Below are positions 20,221 to 31,135 of a stretch of 64,000 bases of DNA, piece after piece (the first letter of the stretch is position 1; each line of letters begins with the position of its first letter). The notes beneath the pieces were generated by a model. The model worked only from the letters and a program-made list of their open reading frames with translations. It searched no databases and was not told where the DNA came from. Position numbers and translations under genes: made by a program. The stretch is from an uncultured Spirochaetota bacterium (GTDB taxonomy: Bacteria > Spirochaetota > Brevinematia > Brevinematales > JAOACQ01). Location of the stretch: contig CAWAOD010000018.1 of assembly GCA_963783575.1 (NCBI GenBank), positions 32,001 to 96,000 of the forward strand, written 5' to 3'.

Positions 20221-21261
20221 ATGAATTACCGAGCGGCATTTATAAAAACTTTTTTTGATAATATGATTTTACCATATATTGCTAAGGAAGGAATGGAAAT
20301 AATTCCCGGCAATTGGTATGTAATTAACACAAAATTCGGCGAAGATATAGGTCTGGCAACTTCGATCGTAAAAGAAATACCGAAAGAAAGATTTCATATT
20401 AAAAAACCGGTAGTCGAGCATGTTAACGATGCGGATATAGATGATATTGAGATTGACGATACTTCCATTCTTGAAAAGAAAAATGAACATATCCCACTGG
20501 AAATTGACAGCAAGCAAATTGAGAATTTTCAGATAATCAAGGAGGCTACACAAGATGAGCTCAGCCAGTGGCAAAGCTTCAGAGCCGAGGAACTTAAAGC
20601 ATTCGAGTCGGCTAAAAAGGAAATCAAGGATTTAAATCTTGAAATGAAGCTTATTAATGTTCATTTCTTATATCAAAGAAAAAAAATAATTTTCAATTTT
20701 ACCGCAGATAACCGGATAGATTTCAGACAATTAGTAAAAAGACTGGCCGGCATATTTAAAACCAGAATCGAGATGCGTCAGATAGGCGTCCGTGACGCCG
20801 CAAAAATTCTCGGCGGATATGGTGTCTGCGGAGTTATGAACTGCTGTTTGAAATCAAACTGCCATATAAATTCAATTTATTTGAAAATGGCAAAAGACCA
20901 GGGGTTTGTTGTTAATTCCAGTAAGTTAACCGGATCCTGTGGAAGATTGATGTGCTGTCTTGCCTATGAAATTGATTATTATTCCGAAGAAAGAAAAAAA
21001 TATCCTGATGTAGGTTCGCTGATATTGGACGGGCAAAAAAACTATTCGGTAGTATCGTTAAATATTATAAAAGAAGAAGTATATATTGCTGATGAAAACC
21101 ATCATCAAAAAAAATATCCTCTTGAAATGCTAAAATTTCAGCGAAAAGATATCTCCGGTACTTCTGTTTACAGAATAAATAATACGGATGAAGCATTAAA
21201 AACAAATGATAATTTAAATTCATCATCAACAAATCTTAATGTAATGAACAAATCAAGATAA
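20221..21261 (+). CDS. PSP1-domain (RicT/YaaT/Tpl-like) protein
   Basis: FTADNRIDFR.LV, RIEMRQIGVRD.A, G.CG...CC, MAKDQ, G.CGRLMCCL.YE. Confidence 0.9.
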   Translation: MNYRAAFIKTFFDNMILPYIAKEGMEIIPGNWYVINTKFGEDIGLATSIVKEIPKERFHIKKPVVEHVNDADIDDIEIDDTSILEKKNEHIPLEIDSKQIENFQIIKEATQDELSQWQSFRAEELKAFESAKKEIKDLNLEMKLINVHFLYQRKKIIFNFTADNRIDFRQLVKRLAGIFKTRIEMRQIGVRDAAKILGGYGVCGVMNCCLKSNCHINSIYLKMAKDQGFVVNSSKLTGSCGRLMCCLAYEIDYYSEERKKYPDVGSLILDGQKNYSVVSLNIIKEEVYIADENHHQKKYPLEMLKFQRKDISGTSVYRINNTDEALKTNDNLNSSSTNLNVMNKSR

Positions 21262-21458
21262 CTATAATATTTATAAAAAACGCCTTGATTAATAAATGGA
21301 TTAGATGTCTTATTGACCTCAAGAATATTAATTATTAGTATTTGTATGTATTGAATATTCCAATATAGGGTTAAAGTTAATATGATTTTTTCCTGCATTA
21401 TTGACGATAATATAACAAAATTAATTGTTTTATAAGATAAAAAGATTTTGGGGTAACC

Positions 21459-23285
21459 ATGCCGTATGATAAAGAAACTATAGAACAAGCTAAAAAAAAG
21501 GGAATTTTCGAAGAAAAGGTATTCGATTCCAAGGCATTAATGTTAAATGAAGAAGAAAAAAATAAAATCAGTGGTGAAATAACTAAAAAGATGAATGGAC
21601 CAACTAATTTAAGTGAATATCCGGAAAGCAAATCGAAAAGGAATGAGGAAATTAAAGAATTTAATGTTGAACTAAATTTCATTGAAAAGATTATTATATC
21701 AATACTTTCTTACTTAGGCTTCTTGAATATTCAGAATTATAAGCTAAATAAAGCCATTCATAACCTGGAAAAAAAAGCGGCAAGATTAAAACCGCCCATT
21801 TATAATGTTTCTTCGAGCAGAGTTTCCAAGTTCTTGGCATATCAATTACATAGTATCTATCTAAAATCACTTCCCCTGAAAAATATTTATAGATTAACGA
21901 TTGATGATAAGGAAAATTGGAATAATCCTGCACTTCTGCATAAATCAGGTGTGGAAATATTATTTGAAAGTCTTGCAAAAATGAATTTTGAGGAAATTGA
22001 AAAAAAGTTCTCTACCGTAGGCATAAGTAAAGCAATTATGGAAATATCAAATATCAATACGGCAATTGATGAAATTAATTCGGCTATTGTAAAGCATATT
22101 AATTCCATTGAAAAACCGGTTATTGAAACTATTAATAAAATTTATACAAATATAATTTATATAAAATATCTAATCGACTTTGATTTTTATCAGTTGTTTA
22201 AACATTTTGACAGCCAGTACAGCTCAAGTTCAAGTCCAAATTTTACAGATATTTCCGGCGAGACTATAGCATATTTTTTATCATCACTGGAAGAAATATT
22301 GATGCAGATTGATTTATACCTTGATAATACAATGATTTATAAAATAATGGATGATATCGCCAGAGAGCTTTCCGAACATTCAAAAACCGATGAAGATTCT
22401 GAAAATGAAGAAATTAATAGTGAAATTCCGGCTCCTGTTAATAACATTGAAGATGAATTAAATTATCTTTTTGAAAATTTAAAAGATCTTTTCCACAAAA
22501 ATTGCTTTACATTATTGCTCCAGATAATCAAGAGGGATCCGACATATTTCCCAAGCTTTATTCATACCAATTATGATCTTTACAAAATATATTGTGAAAC
22601 ATTTGTCCAGAGAATGAAAAATATTGTAAAAGTTACAATAAAAGAAAAAAAACAGAAAAAAATCGAAGAAGCTATTAACAAAGTTTTTGAAAGAATCAGC
22701 TGGTTAGGAGTATATGGGCCGGATTTGTCTGACAGGCTAGAAAGCTCCGGCACTCTTGGTTTAAGCCATATTTATCAATTAGGACTTATCAATACTTTTT
22801 TTATTAATTATTACATCGATATAATTAAACCATTTTTAAACATATTATTAATGAATGGAATATTCTTGGAAAAACATCAGCAGAAAAATGCATCCGAATT
22901 TTTCTATTTAATGGAGAAATTTGAAGAAAAGTTCCGCTATTTCCATGAGGAGATGAAACCTGAAGGATCAACGGCTAATAAAATTTTTAGTTTATTGACC
23001 AAAAAAGAAGGAAATTCTATCGATCACAAAAAAAGTCTGGAAAAATTTATTTCCTCTGTAAATGGAAAAGCAAAAGAATTATTTGACGATTTTTATAATT
23101 TATTCACAACTATGGTTTTTATAAATCATAATCTACATGATGACATCAACTCAAAGACATCAAAATATATCCGTAATATACACTATATCGGCGGTTTAAA
23201 AAATACAAAATTGCTTCAAAATATAGAAAGAAGTTATCAGGTAATGCTTCCTATTAAAGATATAATTGACTTGATGAGAGATTGA
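21459..23285 (+). CDS. Conserved hypothetical protein, DUF5312-like (spirochaete)
   Basis: 608-aa helical ORF with FDFY.LF..FD motif; family assignment from memory. Confidence 0.55.
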   Translation: MPYDKETIEQAKKKGIFEEKVFDSKALMLNEEEKNKISGEITKKMNGPTNLSEYPESKSKRNEEIKEFNVELNFIEKIIISILSYLGFLNIQNYKLNKAIHNLEKKAARLKPPIYNVSSSRVSKFLAYQLHSIYLKSLPLKNIYRLTIDDKENWNNPALLHKSGVEILFESLAKMNFEEIEKKFSTVGISKAIMEISNINTAIDEINSAIVKHINSIEKPVIETINKIYTNIIYIKYLIDFDFYQLFKHFDSQYSSSSSPNFTDISGETIAYFLSSLEEILMQIDLYLDNTMIYKIMDDIARELSEHSKTDEDSENEEINSEIPAPVNNIEDELNYLFENLKDLFHKNCFTLLLQIIKRDPTYFPSFIHTNYDLYKIYCETFVQRMKNIVKVTIKEKKQKKIEEAINKVFERISWLGVYGPDLSDRLESSGTLGLSHIYQLGLINTFFINYYIDIIKPFLNILLMNGIFLEKHQQKNASEFFYLMEKFEEKFRYFHEEMKPEGSTANKIFSLLTKKEGNSIDHKKSLEKFISSVNGKAKELFDDFYNLFTTMVFINHNLHDDINSKTSKYIRNIHYIGGLKNTKLLQNIERSYQVMLPIKDIIDLMRD

Positions 23286-24415
23286 ACTTAATGGTTAAAG
23301 AAAACGCTTTACTGATTGGAGTAAAATTACCATCCGATCCCATAAACAGGGTTATGTCTTCACTGGATGAATTAAAAGAACTTTCAATAACCGCGGGAGC
23401 AAGTGTTGTCGATAGTATCATCCAGCAGAGAAAAGAAATCGATTCAAAATATTATATAGGTAAGGGTAAAGTTGAAGAAATAAAATATTTTTATAAAAAT
23501 GAAAAAAAAAACGATCTTATCATTTTTAACCATGAATCGACCCCATCCCAGATCAGAAATCTTGAAAAAGAATTGAAAATGAAAGTAATAACAAGGACTG
23601 AATTGATTCTTGATATTTTTTCCCTTCATGCTAAGTCTGGAATTTCTATGCTGCAGGTTGAGCTTGCACTGCTGAAATACCAGCTGCCGAGAATCACAGG
23701 CAAAGGTACATCAATGTCACGGCCCGGTGGTGGTATAGGAACCAGAGGGCCAGGTGAACAGCAGCTTGAACTTGACAGGAGGCTTATCATGAAAAAAATT
23801 CATTTGATTGGAAACAGGCTTAAACATATTGAACTGGAAAGAAGCATTCAACGGAAAAACAGGGTGGAGAATGAATTCAAATCGGCATTAATCGGGTATA
23901 CTAATTCGGGAAAATCAACATTACTGAACCGTCTGACCAAGTCAAATGTGCAGGTTGAAGATCAGCTTTTCGTTACCCTGGATACCACAACAAGAAAATT
24001 ATGGCTTGGCTTTATTAACGGAAAGTCCGCTCATTCAGTTATTACTGATACGGTTGGCTTTATCCAGGATCTGCCGCATGACCTGATAGAAAGTTTTAAA
24101 TCCACCCTGGAAGACACAATTCAAGCTGATCTGCTTATCCATATTATCGATATATCAACTGATTTTTCATATAAAAAGAAAGTTGTAGAGAAAACAATTT
24201 TTGAACTAGGTGCAAACAATATACCACTTATATTATGTTTCAATAAAATCGACAGACTTTCGGAAGAAGAGGTCCTTAATATTCGCCTCCAATATCCCGA
24301 AGCATTATATATTTCCGCAAAAGAGAATTTAAATATAAATTTTTTAAAAGAAAAACTAAAAGAATTTTATATTCTAAAATACAATAATAATGTAATCAAG
24401 CCTCTTTTTTCCTGA
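23282..24415 (+). CDS. hflX: Ribosome-splitting GTPase HflX
   Basis: IGKGKV.E, GGGIGTRGPGE, GYTNSGKST, F.TLD, DTVGFI, NKID. Confidence 0.95.
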   Translation: MNLMVKENALLIGVKLPSDPINRVMSSLDELKELSITAGASVVDSIIQQRKEIDSKYYIGKGKVEEIKYFYKNEKKNDLIIFNHESTPSQIRNLEKELKMKVITRTELILDIFSLHAKSGISMLQVELALLKYQLPRITGKGTSMSRPGGGIGTRGPGEQQLELDRRLIMKKIHLIGNRLKHIELERSIQRKNRVENEFKSALIGYTNSGKSTLLNRLTKSNVQVEDQLFVTLDTTTRKLWLGFINGKSAHSVITDTVGFIQDLPHDLIESFKSTLEDTIQADLLIHIIDISTDFSYKKKVVEKTIFELGANNIPLILCFNKIDRLSEEEVLNIRLQYPEALYISAKENLNINFLKEKLKEFYILKYNNNVIKPLFS

Positions 24416-25007
24416 AACGAAGGGAAATCAGATAACCGATTACTGAAAGTATAGCAATAACAACAATGATATCTAAAATCTTACTGTATTTCATCACTTC
24501 CTGCCAATTGCTGCGCAGAATCCTTCCGATCCAGCATAAAAAAGCATTCCACATTGCTGCCCCGGCGATTGTCAAAAAAATGAATTTGAAAATATTCATT
24601 TTGCCGACACCCGCGGGAATTGAAATAAGATGCCTTACAACAGGAATAAACCTGCAGACAAAAATAGTTGCATCCCCGTATTTCTTAAAAAAATTTTCTG
24701 TGTATTCAAGATGATGATTATTTAAAAACACATATTTACCGAATTTATGAACGCAAGGCTTTCCGCCATAGTAACCGGCTGTATAAGAAATTAAAGAACC
24801 GATAATGCTTCCTAAAGTACTGAAAAAGACAACATACCAGAAATTAAAAGTATTTTCCGCCACTAGGAAGCCCGCAAACGGCATAACAGCTTCGCTTGGA
24901 ACCGGAAATACCATGCTTTCAAGCGTCATACAAAGAGTTACGCTTAAATATCCGCCTTTTTCAATCAATTTAGTAATCGATTCTGCCAAAATCTCGGTCA
25001 AACCCAT
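24396..25007 (-). CDS. DedA family membrane protein
   Basis: LES...PVPSE..MPFAG, FF.KYG, RFIPVVRHLISIPAG. Confidence 0.9.
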   Translation of the reverse strand: MGLTEILAESITKLIEKGGYLSVTLCMTLESMVFPVPSEAVMPFAGFLVAENTFNFWYVVFFSTLGSIIGSLISYTAGYYGGKPCVHKFGKYVFLNNHHLEYTENFFKKYGDATIFVCRFIPVVRHLISIPAGVGKMNIFKFIFLTIAGAAMWNAFLCWIGRILRSNWQEVMKYSKILDIIVVIAILSVIGYLISLRFRKKEA

Positions 25008-25103
25008 AAAAATCTCCAAATTATTATAATTTCAAGCGAATATTATATCATTATTTTATTATTTATTCCAAAAGACATCTTCAATAAATTATTAAGCAAT
25101 AAT

Positions 25104-25415
25104 TTATTCAATTACCGTTTCTTTTTCATCAATAATTCTGCCGCATTTCGGGCATTCCATACTCATAGCAAGTTTACCGTTAATAAAAGCCGTCTCAATA
25201 TTTTCACCGCAAAATGGGCATTTAATAAATTTATCGATCATTACAGTAACTGACTTCCTCAATGATAAAATAAGAAGGATAAAAAATAAGAATAAAGAGA
25301 ATGACATGGAAACAATAACGGAAATAATATTGGGATAATAAATTTTTAAGATAATGAACATAACCGTAAAAATCAATAAAGATATTATTAAAAATTTAGC
25401 TATCTTTTTTATCAT
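25104..25415 (-). CDS. Small two-TM membrane protein with C-terminal zinc ribbon
   Basis: Two hydrophobic helices; CPFCG...CPKCG; RBS GGGG. Confidence 0.7.
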   Translation of the reverse strand: MIKKIAKFLIISLLIFTVMFIILKIYYPNIISVIVSMSFSLFLFFILLILSLRKSVTVMIDKFIKCPFCGENIETAFINGKLAMSMECPKCGRIIDEKETVIE

Positions 25416-25606
25416 ATAATCCCCTAGTTATAGAATTTATTATAAAATTCTTATCAATTGAATAAGTTCGATATTTTCATTCTAAAAACAGATATATTTT
25501 TTGTCAAGGGGGGTAACTAATTTCTAGAAAAACAAGTAAGTACAACACTGATTTGCCAAATAGATTAATTTATGATAAAATAACTGCCGTGTAATTTTAA
25601 CAAAAT

Positions 25607-25679
25607 GCCACCGTAGCTCAGTTGGTAGAGCAATTGATTCGTAATCAATGGGTCAGCGGTTCAATCCCGCTCGGTGGCT
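25607..25679 (+). tRNA. tRNA-Thr (anticodon CGT), CCA not encoded
   Basis: GCCACCG/CGGTGGC acceptor stem, AGCTCAGTTGGTAGAGC D-arm, ATTGA-TTCGTAA-TCAAT anticodon arm, GGTTCAATCC T-arm. Confidence 0.95.
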
Positions 25680-25681
25680 TT

Positions 25682-25717
25682 ATTAATTTAGTCCCGCTGT
25701 TGCGGGACTAAATTAAT
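25682..25717. terminator. 16-bp perfect hairpin downstream of the tRNA, probably a bidirectional terminator
   Basis: ATTAATTTAGTCCCGC-TGTT-GCGGGACTAAATTAAT between convergent genes. Confidence 0.75.
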
Positions 25718-25790
25718 CTTGAGTATTCGGCAGAGCCGAAACGTCCACGTTTGTTAATAAACTCCGTAGCAATACAGCAAGAAATTAAAT

Positions 25791-25812
25791 GGGTCAAGCG
25801 GCACGCTTGTTA
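25791..25812 (+). repeat. Dispersed palindrome, empty copy
   Basis: GGGTCAAGCGGCACGCTTGTTA; the terminal TTA is the stop codon of the 25810-27357 gene. Confidence 0.85.
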
Positions 25813-27357
25813 TCTGTTTATGCTGTATTTTTTGTCATTATATATTGAACTGGGCCTTGCATAGAATTCTCTTGAAAACTGGCTGTGATTTCCAACCCTG
25901 TCCACGGTTCTGATTGCAATAAAATACGGTTTTTCATTCTTTAACCCGCTTAATACTATACTCATTCGGTTCAGAGTCCCTGGCTGAATGTTTGTAATAA
26001 ATATTGGCGATTTGCCTTCGGCGGCGTCATCACAGATATAATCTTCCTTCCTGTTTCCGTAATAAATCTCATATCCAGCCACACTGTCCTCCGGAGAAGG
26101 TACCCAGATTATTTTAATCATTTCATCCATTGGATCAACTTCATCAATTACCGGTTCATAAGGGTCTTTATCCACCACATAATCAAGTTTTATTGAATTT
26201 ATCAATATTTCTTTATCCATCTCCTCATATGGAAAAGCATTTATTTTAAATTGAATAAACTTACCTCTTTGAAATTCTTCCGGAAATGTATCAATATTGT
26301 TCTGAAAATAAATCCATTTTATATCATCACTATCGGGCAAAAAATAATGATCGGAAATTCTGTAAGCCATTTTAATATATGAATATTCAGGCAAACTGTA
26401 ACCAAATGATAGTTTTTTCAATGTTACCCTATTTTCAGCAATTTTATATATATCTGTTAAAATAATAGAATCTTTATTTACATAACGTTTTAAATAATAT
26501 TGTTCGGTAAAATCTTTTTTTATTTTAAGATTATCAATTGAAAAAAATGCATTCTGCCCGATTAAAATTGGAGTACTGAGTTCATCCTTGATCAGAGGAT
26601 TAAAAATAGGGGAAAGTATTTTACCGTTTGATGTAATCCATTTTACTTCCTGCTCCAGACCATTTTTAAAAGTTGCCATTTTCCCATCCAAAATATTAAA
26701 TGATACCGCATGATGTTCCCATTTATTGAGTTCAAATGATTCATCATCTTTAATTTCTATTGTATATGCCTCTTTGTTTTCAGACCAGAATATATTGTCA
26801 AATCTGTATATTATCCTGTTATCATGGGTGAAAATTGATATCCCATAAATATTTTTATCTCTCTCATCGGATAGATTATTACCGATATATTTAATGATAA
26901 ACTGATTATCATAATTTTTGTATAAATAAAGCCAGAATTCTATCGTAAAACTTCCTGGTATACTTCCGGGCGCAAAAATTGATGTCGAATGAGGTAAAAG
27001 TGAAAGATAATGATCGGAAAAATAAAATTTTCCGGAATAATTTCCATTTACATATTGATATTTATTCTGTTCATAATTTGAATAAATAACCTTATAATTC
27101 GGAATGTTTTTCAACGGGTTTTCAAAATCAAGATATAGATCAAGGAGAGATGGTTTTTCTTCAATATTTTCTTTTAATATATAAACCGGATTATGATTTA
27201 CCACTTTTTGAATAAAATTTCCAGATTTGTATATTTTCCATTGATTTCCTTCAATGGTCATACTATCAACTGGAAGATAGGACTTTAATGGAAATATGAG
27301 GTTAATACTTACAGTGGCAATTATTATCTGCATAATTATAAACGGTAAATTTTTCAT
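25810..27357 (-). CDS. Exported LamG-like jellyroll + fibronectin type III protein
   Basis: SFTIEFWLY, WEHHAVSF (LamG); W...E..VAGY.IYYG, GLKNEKPYF.AI...D..GN.S (FN3). Confidence 0.75.
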   Translation of the reverse strand: MKNLPFIIMQIIIATVSINLIFPLKSYLPVDSMTIEGNQWKIYKSGNFIQKVVNHNPVYILKENIEEKPSLLDLYLDFENPLKNIPNYKVIYSNYEQNKYQYVNGNYSGKFYFSDHYLSLLPHSTSIFAPGSIPGSFTIEFWLYLYKNYDNQFIIKYIGNNLSDERDKNIYGISIFTHDNRIIYRFDNIFWSENKEAYTIEIKDDESFELNKWEHHAVSFNILDGKMATFKNGLEQEVKWITSNGKILSPIFNPLIKDELSTPILIGQNAFFSIDNLKIKKDFTEQYYLKRYVNKDSIILTDIYKIAENRVTLKKLSFGYSLPEYSYIKMAYRISDHYFLPDSDDIKWIYFQNNIDTFPEEFQRGKFIQFKINAFPYEEMDKEILINSIKLDYVVDKDPYEPVIDEVDPMDEMIKIIWVPSPEDSVAGYEIYYGNRKEDYICDDAAEGKSPIFITNIQPGTLNRMSIVLSGLKNEKPYFIAIRTVDRVGNHSQFSREFYARPSSIYNDKKYSINR

Positions 27358-27479
27358 TTAAAATAACCTCCGGAAACAGGTAATATAATGTTAAAATTAA
27401 TTTATGAAAATACTATACCTATTTTCGGATTTATTATGAATTTTATTAGCCGATTATACTGGATTAAGCTGAATGCAAA

Positions 27480-27866
27480 TTAATTACCAAATTGCAGGCC
27501 ATTATTGTTTAACTGATAATAATCAATACCTTCTTCAATGGAAGTAACAAAATGAACAAATTTATCAATATTTGAAATCGTCAGAATCCTCAAAATATGA
27601 GGTACATTGCACATTACGCAAATTGAGGATTTGTTTTTTAATGAATTAGATATAAGCTGCATTATAATACTGATGCCCGAAGAATCAATATAGGTAAGAT
27701 TGTTTAAATCTAAAATATAACGGTAAATACCCATTTTTATATAAGCCTTTACTTCTCTGAAAAATAATTCCGAATCTTCCGTAAGGCTGTTTAAATCTCC
27801 GCTAATATTAATGATACCTATAGTGTCCCCATAAAAAGATACTTTAATATTTAATCTGTTTTCCAA
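27480..27866 (-). CDS. STAS-domain anti-sigma factor antagonist
   Basis: ILDL..LTYIDSSG motif. Confidence 0.85.
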   Translation of the reverse strand: MENRLNIKVSFYGDTIGIINISGDLNSLTEDSELFFREVKAYIKMGIYRYILDLNNLTYIDSSGISIIMQLISNSLKNKSSICVMCNVPHILRILTISNIDKFVHFVTSIEEGIDYYQLNNNGLQFGN

Positions 27867-27888
27867 GCTTGCTACCTCACATCCTTTT

Positions 27889-28311
27889 TTAATAAATCAA
27901 AATTTTTTTCATATAAGTGATATTACCGGTTTTATCCTGTGGTTCGATATAAAATTCATCCATTATTTTACTTATCATATAAATTCCACGCTTTCGCAAT
28001 TGAAACTGTTCAATTTGCTTTGGTGGAATTATCGTCATAGAAACAGGGGAACCATAGTCTCGAATGAAAATTTCCAGATTTCGCGAACTTTTATCAGTTT
28101 CGTTAATATTAATTTTAATTTCAAGCGGAAGACTGATATTCCATTTATACGTATGCTGAATTACATTAAAGATCGCTTCATGAACACAAAAATGAATTTC
28201 ATGTGCAAGGATTTCATTATCACTTAATATTCTTAATAATATATCGATTAATTCTTTCTCGAATTCTACAACTTCTTCTTCTTTGCCGGATATGGTGAAT
28301 TTAAAAATCAT
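27889..28311 (-). CDS. RsbW/SpoIIAB-like anti-sigma factor kinase (HATPase_c)
   Basis: EA..N...H, IRDYG, RGIYMI..IMD. Confidence 0.85.
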   Translation of the reverse strand: MIFKFTISGKEEEVVEFEKELIDILLRILSDNEILAHEIHFCVHEAIFNVIQHTYKWNISLPLEIKININETDKSSRNLEIFIRDYGSPVSMTIIPPKQIEQFQLRKRGIYMISKIMDEFYIEPQDKTGNITYMKKILIY

Positions 28312-28432
28312 ATCAAACTCCAGGTATTAATCCGAGATATATAATCCAACTTTTTGCAGTAAAATAAAGTTTTAATTATAATAATATCAACTATTTTTTT
28401 AGTCAAGGTAATAATTCAATTGAGGAGAACTC

Positions 28433-30256
28433 ATGACAAATAAAAAATACATTTTTATAACCGGTGGCGTATGTTCATCGCTAGGGAAGGGTATAACGGC
28501 CGCATCAATCGGTGTTCTTCTTAAATCTGCCGGATATAAGATCAATATGATGAAAATAGATCCATATCTGAATGTTGATGCGGGAACTATGAGCCCATAC
28601 CAGCATGGTGAAGTTTATGTAACAAACGATGGGGCTGAAACAGATCTTGATCTGGGTAATTATGAAAGATTTGTCAGGGTCGAAACCTCAAAATTAAGCA
28701 GTCTTACAACAGGGCAGGTATATCAAGCGGTAATCGATGCGGAAAGAAGAGGTGATTATTTAGGTGAAACTGTTCAGGTGATTCCTCATATCACTGAAGA
28801 AATTAAAAGAAGGATCCGCATATTAGACGAGGGTAAAGATTCGGAAATAATAATTGTTGAACTGGGAGGTACGGTCGGCGACATTGAAGGACTGCCTTTT
28901 ATAGAAGCTGTCAGGCAGTTTGCAATTGAGGAAGGCAAGCAGAATGTTAAATTCGGCCATCTGACCCTTGTTCCGACAATTAAAGGCTCAGGGGAATTAA
29001 AAACAAAACCGTCTCAGCATTCTGTAAAAGAGCTTATGTCAATGGGTATTCAGCCGGATTTTCTTTTCTGCCGGTCGGATGTAATGATGCCCGAATCTTT
29101 AAAAACCAAAATGGCTTTATACTGTAACATCGAGGAAGACTGCATTTTTTCTGCTATAGATGTGAAGAAAACAATCCATGAGGTTCCATTGAGATTTCAT
29201 CAGCAGGGTGCCGACAAAAAAATACTTGAAAAGTTTGGGCTTCCATATAAAAAGCCCGATTTAACAAAGTGGAAAAAAATGGTTGATATTGAAATGAATT
29301 CTACTGAAACGGTAAATGTCGCCCTTATCGGGAAATACATCAATCTTGAAGACACTTATAAAAGCATTGATGCAGCACTGAAGCATGGCGGTATTGCTAA
29401 TAAAGTCTGTGTTGATATTAAAAAAGTAGACGCTGAGTTTTATGATGCCGAAATGATCGATGAGGGAATATTAAAAAGAGCAGCTATCGATTATTTTGAA
29501 AACATGATACTAAATAGAATTTTCAATGAAGAAGACAAAAATTTTATCGAAACGGTTTATACAAAAGACAGTGCAAACAATTACTATATAATTTCCGATT
29601 GCATATCAAACGATGAAAAGAGCAGAATAAAAGAGATATTAAGGTTTATAGGTTTTAAAAGCCTTATCTCTACCGATATTGATGCGATTCTTATCCCTGG
29701 TGGGTTCGGAAACCGAGGTATTGAAGGTAAAATAAAAGCCGTTCATTATGCAAGAGAACAGAAAATCCCGATTTTTGGAATTTGTCTGGGCCTTCAGAGT
29801 ATGGTAATTGAATATTCCAGATACATTTGTAATATTTCAAACGCTACTTCCAGGGAATTTGACCCGACTGCCGAAAATCCAGTTATTGAACTTCTGGCTA
29901 ACTTAAAGGGAATTAAATACATGGGTGGAACTATGCGTAAAGGCGCGGCAAAATCAAAAATCAAAAAGGATACGCTCGCATATAAGATTTATCAGAAAGA
30001 CGAGATAGAAGAACGACACCGCCACCGTTATGAAGTTAACCCCGATTATGTAGAAACTCTGGAAAAGCATGGTCTTATTTTTGGGGCTTTTGCAGAAGGT
30101 GGGCTTGTTGAAATGGTAGAATTAAAAGACCATCCCTGGTTTTTCGGAGGGCAGTTTCATCCCGAGTTTAAATCCTCCCCAATAGACCCACACCCTGTGT
30201 TTGTATCATTTATTGATGCGGCAATAAAATATAAAAATAATAAATCAGAAAAATAA
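28433..30256 (+). CDS. pyrG: CTP synthase with internal insertion
   Basis: [62 protein letters not shown]. Confidence 0.97.
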   Translation: MTNKKYIFITGGVCSSLGKGITAASIGVLLKSAGYKINMMKIDPYLNVDAGTMSPYQHGEVYVTNDGAETDLDLGNYERFVRVETSKLSSLTTGQVYQAVIDAERRGDYLGETVQVIPHITEEIKRRIRILDEGKDSEIIIVELGGTVGDIEGLPFIEAVRQFAIEEGKQNVKFGHLTLVPTIKGSGELKTKPSQHSVKELMSMGIQPDFLFCRSDVMMPESLKTKMALYCNIEEDCIFSAIDVKKTIHEVPLRFHQQGADKKILEKFGLPYKKPDLTKWKKMVDIEMNSTETVNVALIGKYINLEDTYKSIDAALKHGGIANKVCVDIKKVDAEFYDAEMIDEGILKRAAIDYFENMILNRIFNEEDKNFIETVYTKDSANNYYIISDCISNDEKSRIKEILRFIGFKSLISTDIDAILIPGGFGNRGIEGKIKAVHYAREQKIPIFGICLGLQSMVIEYSRYICNISNATSREFDPTAENPVIELLANLKGIKYMGGTMRKGAAKSKIKKDTLAYKIYQKDEIEERHRHRYEVNPDYVETLEKHGLIFGAFAEGGLVEMVELKDHPWFFGGQFHPEFKSSPIDPHPVFVSFIDAAIKYKNNKSEK

Positions 30257-30279
30257 TTTTAAACTAAGGTTTAATATAA

Positions 30280-31134
30280 ATGATAATTATTGAAAAGCCG
30301 CTTGAAATGCAGGAAATTTGCGCAAGAATTAAGTTTAAAAACAAATCAATCGGTTTAATTCCAACAATGGGCGCGCTTCATGACGGACATATCAGCCTGG
30401 TACATGCTTCAAAGAAGGAGAATGATTTAACCATTGTAAGTATATTTATCAACCCCATACAATTTGGCCCGGCGGAAGATTTTAAAAAATATCCGAGAAC
30501 TTTTGAAAACGACTGCAAACTGCTGGAAAAAGAAAAAACCGATTATTTATTTTTCCCTTCAAATGAATTAATGTATGGAAAAACTTATGAAACATATGTC
30601 GAATTATCAAAGCTCCCGAATCATCTCTGCGGCCTTCGCAGGGAAGGCCATTTTAGGGGTGTGACGACTGTAGTAACAAAATTTTTCAATATTGTCAAAC
30701 CTTCAAGAGCATATTTTGGAAAAAAAGATTATCAACAGGCTTTAATATTGAAAAAAATGGCCGAAGACCTGAATATGGATGTAGAAATCCGGATGATGCC
30801 GATTTTCAGGGAACCGGACGGATTGGCAATGAGTTCAAGGAATAGTTACCTTAAAGATAACAAAAGAAAAGACGCTCTTATTCTATATCGATCATTGGAG
30901 CTTGTCAAAAAAATCTTTTCAGATGGGGAAAGAAAATCTGAAACAGTTATTCGGGAAATGGAAAAATTCATTCTTCAGAATGTCCCGTACGCAAAAATAG
31001 ATTATATTTCCATTGCAGACCCCGAAACACTTGAAGATCTTGAAATAATAAAAGAAAAAGCTGTTATTGCAGTTGCAGTTTTTATTTCTAATGTCCGCCT
31101 CATCGATAACATCGAAATTTCAGTAACCCCATAA
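30280..31134 (+). CDS. panC: Pantoate-beta-alanine ligase
   Basis: PTMGALHDGH, SIF.NP.QF, GHF.GV, FGKKDYQQ, DGLAMSSRN, RLIDN. Confidence 0.96.
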   Translation: MIIIEKPLEMQEICARIKFKNKSIGLIPTMGALHDGHISLVHASKKENDLTIVSIFINPIQFGPAEDFKKYPRTFENDCKLLEKEKTDYLFFPSNELMYGKTYETYVELSKLPNHLCGLRREGHFRGVTTVVTKFFNIVKPSRAYFGKKDYQQALILKKMAEDLNMDVEIRMMPIFREPDGLAMSSRNSYLKDNKRKDALILYRSLELVKKIFSDGERKSETVIREMEKFILQNVPYAKIDYISIADPETLEDLEIIKEKAVIAVAVFISNVRLIDNIEISVTP

Positions 31135-31135
31135 A

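Noticed and set aside
25607..25810. Integrative element at tRNA-Thr
   Set aside because: No integrase and no duplicated tRNA 3' end noticed in the window.
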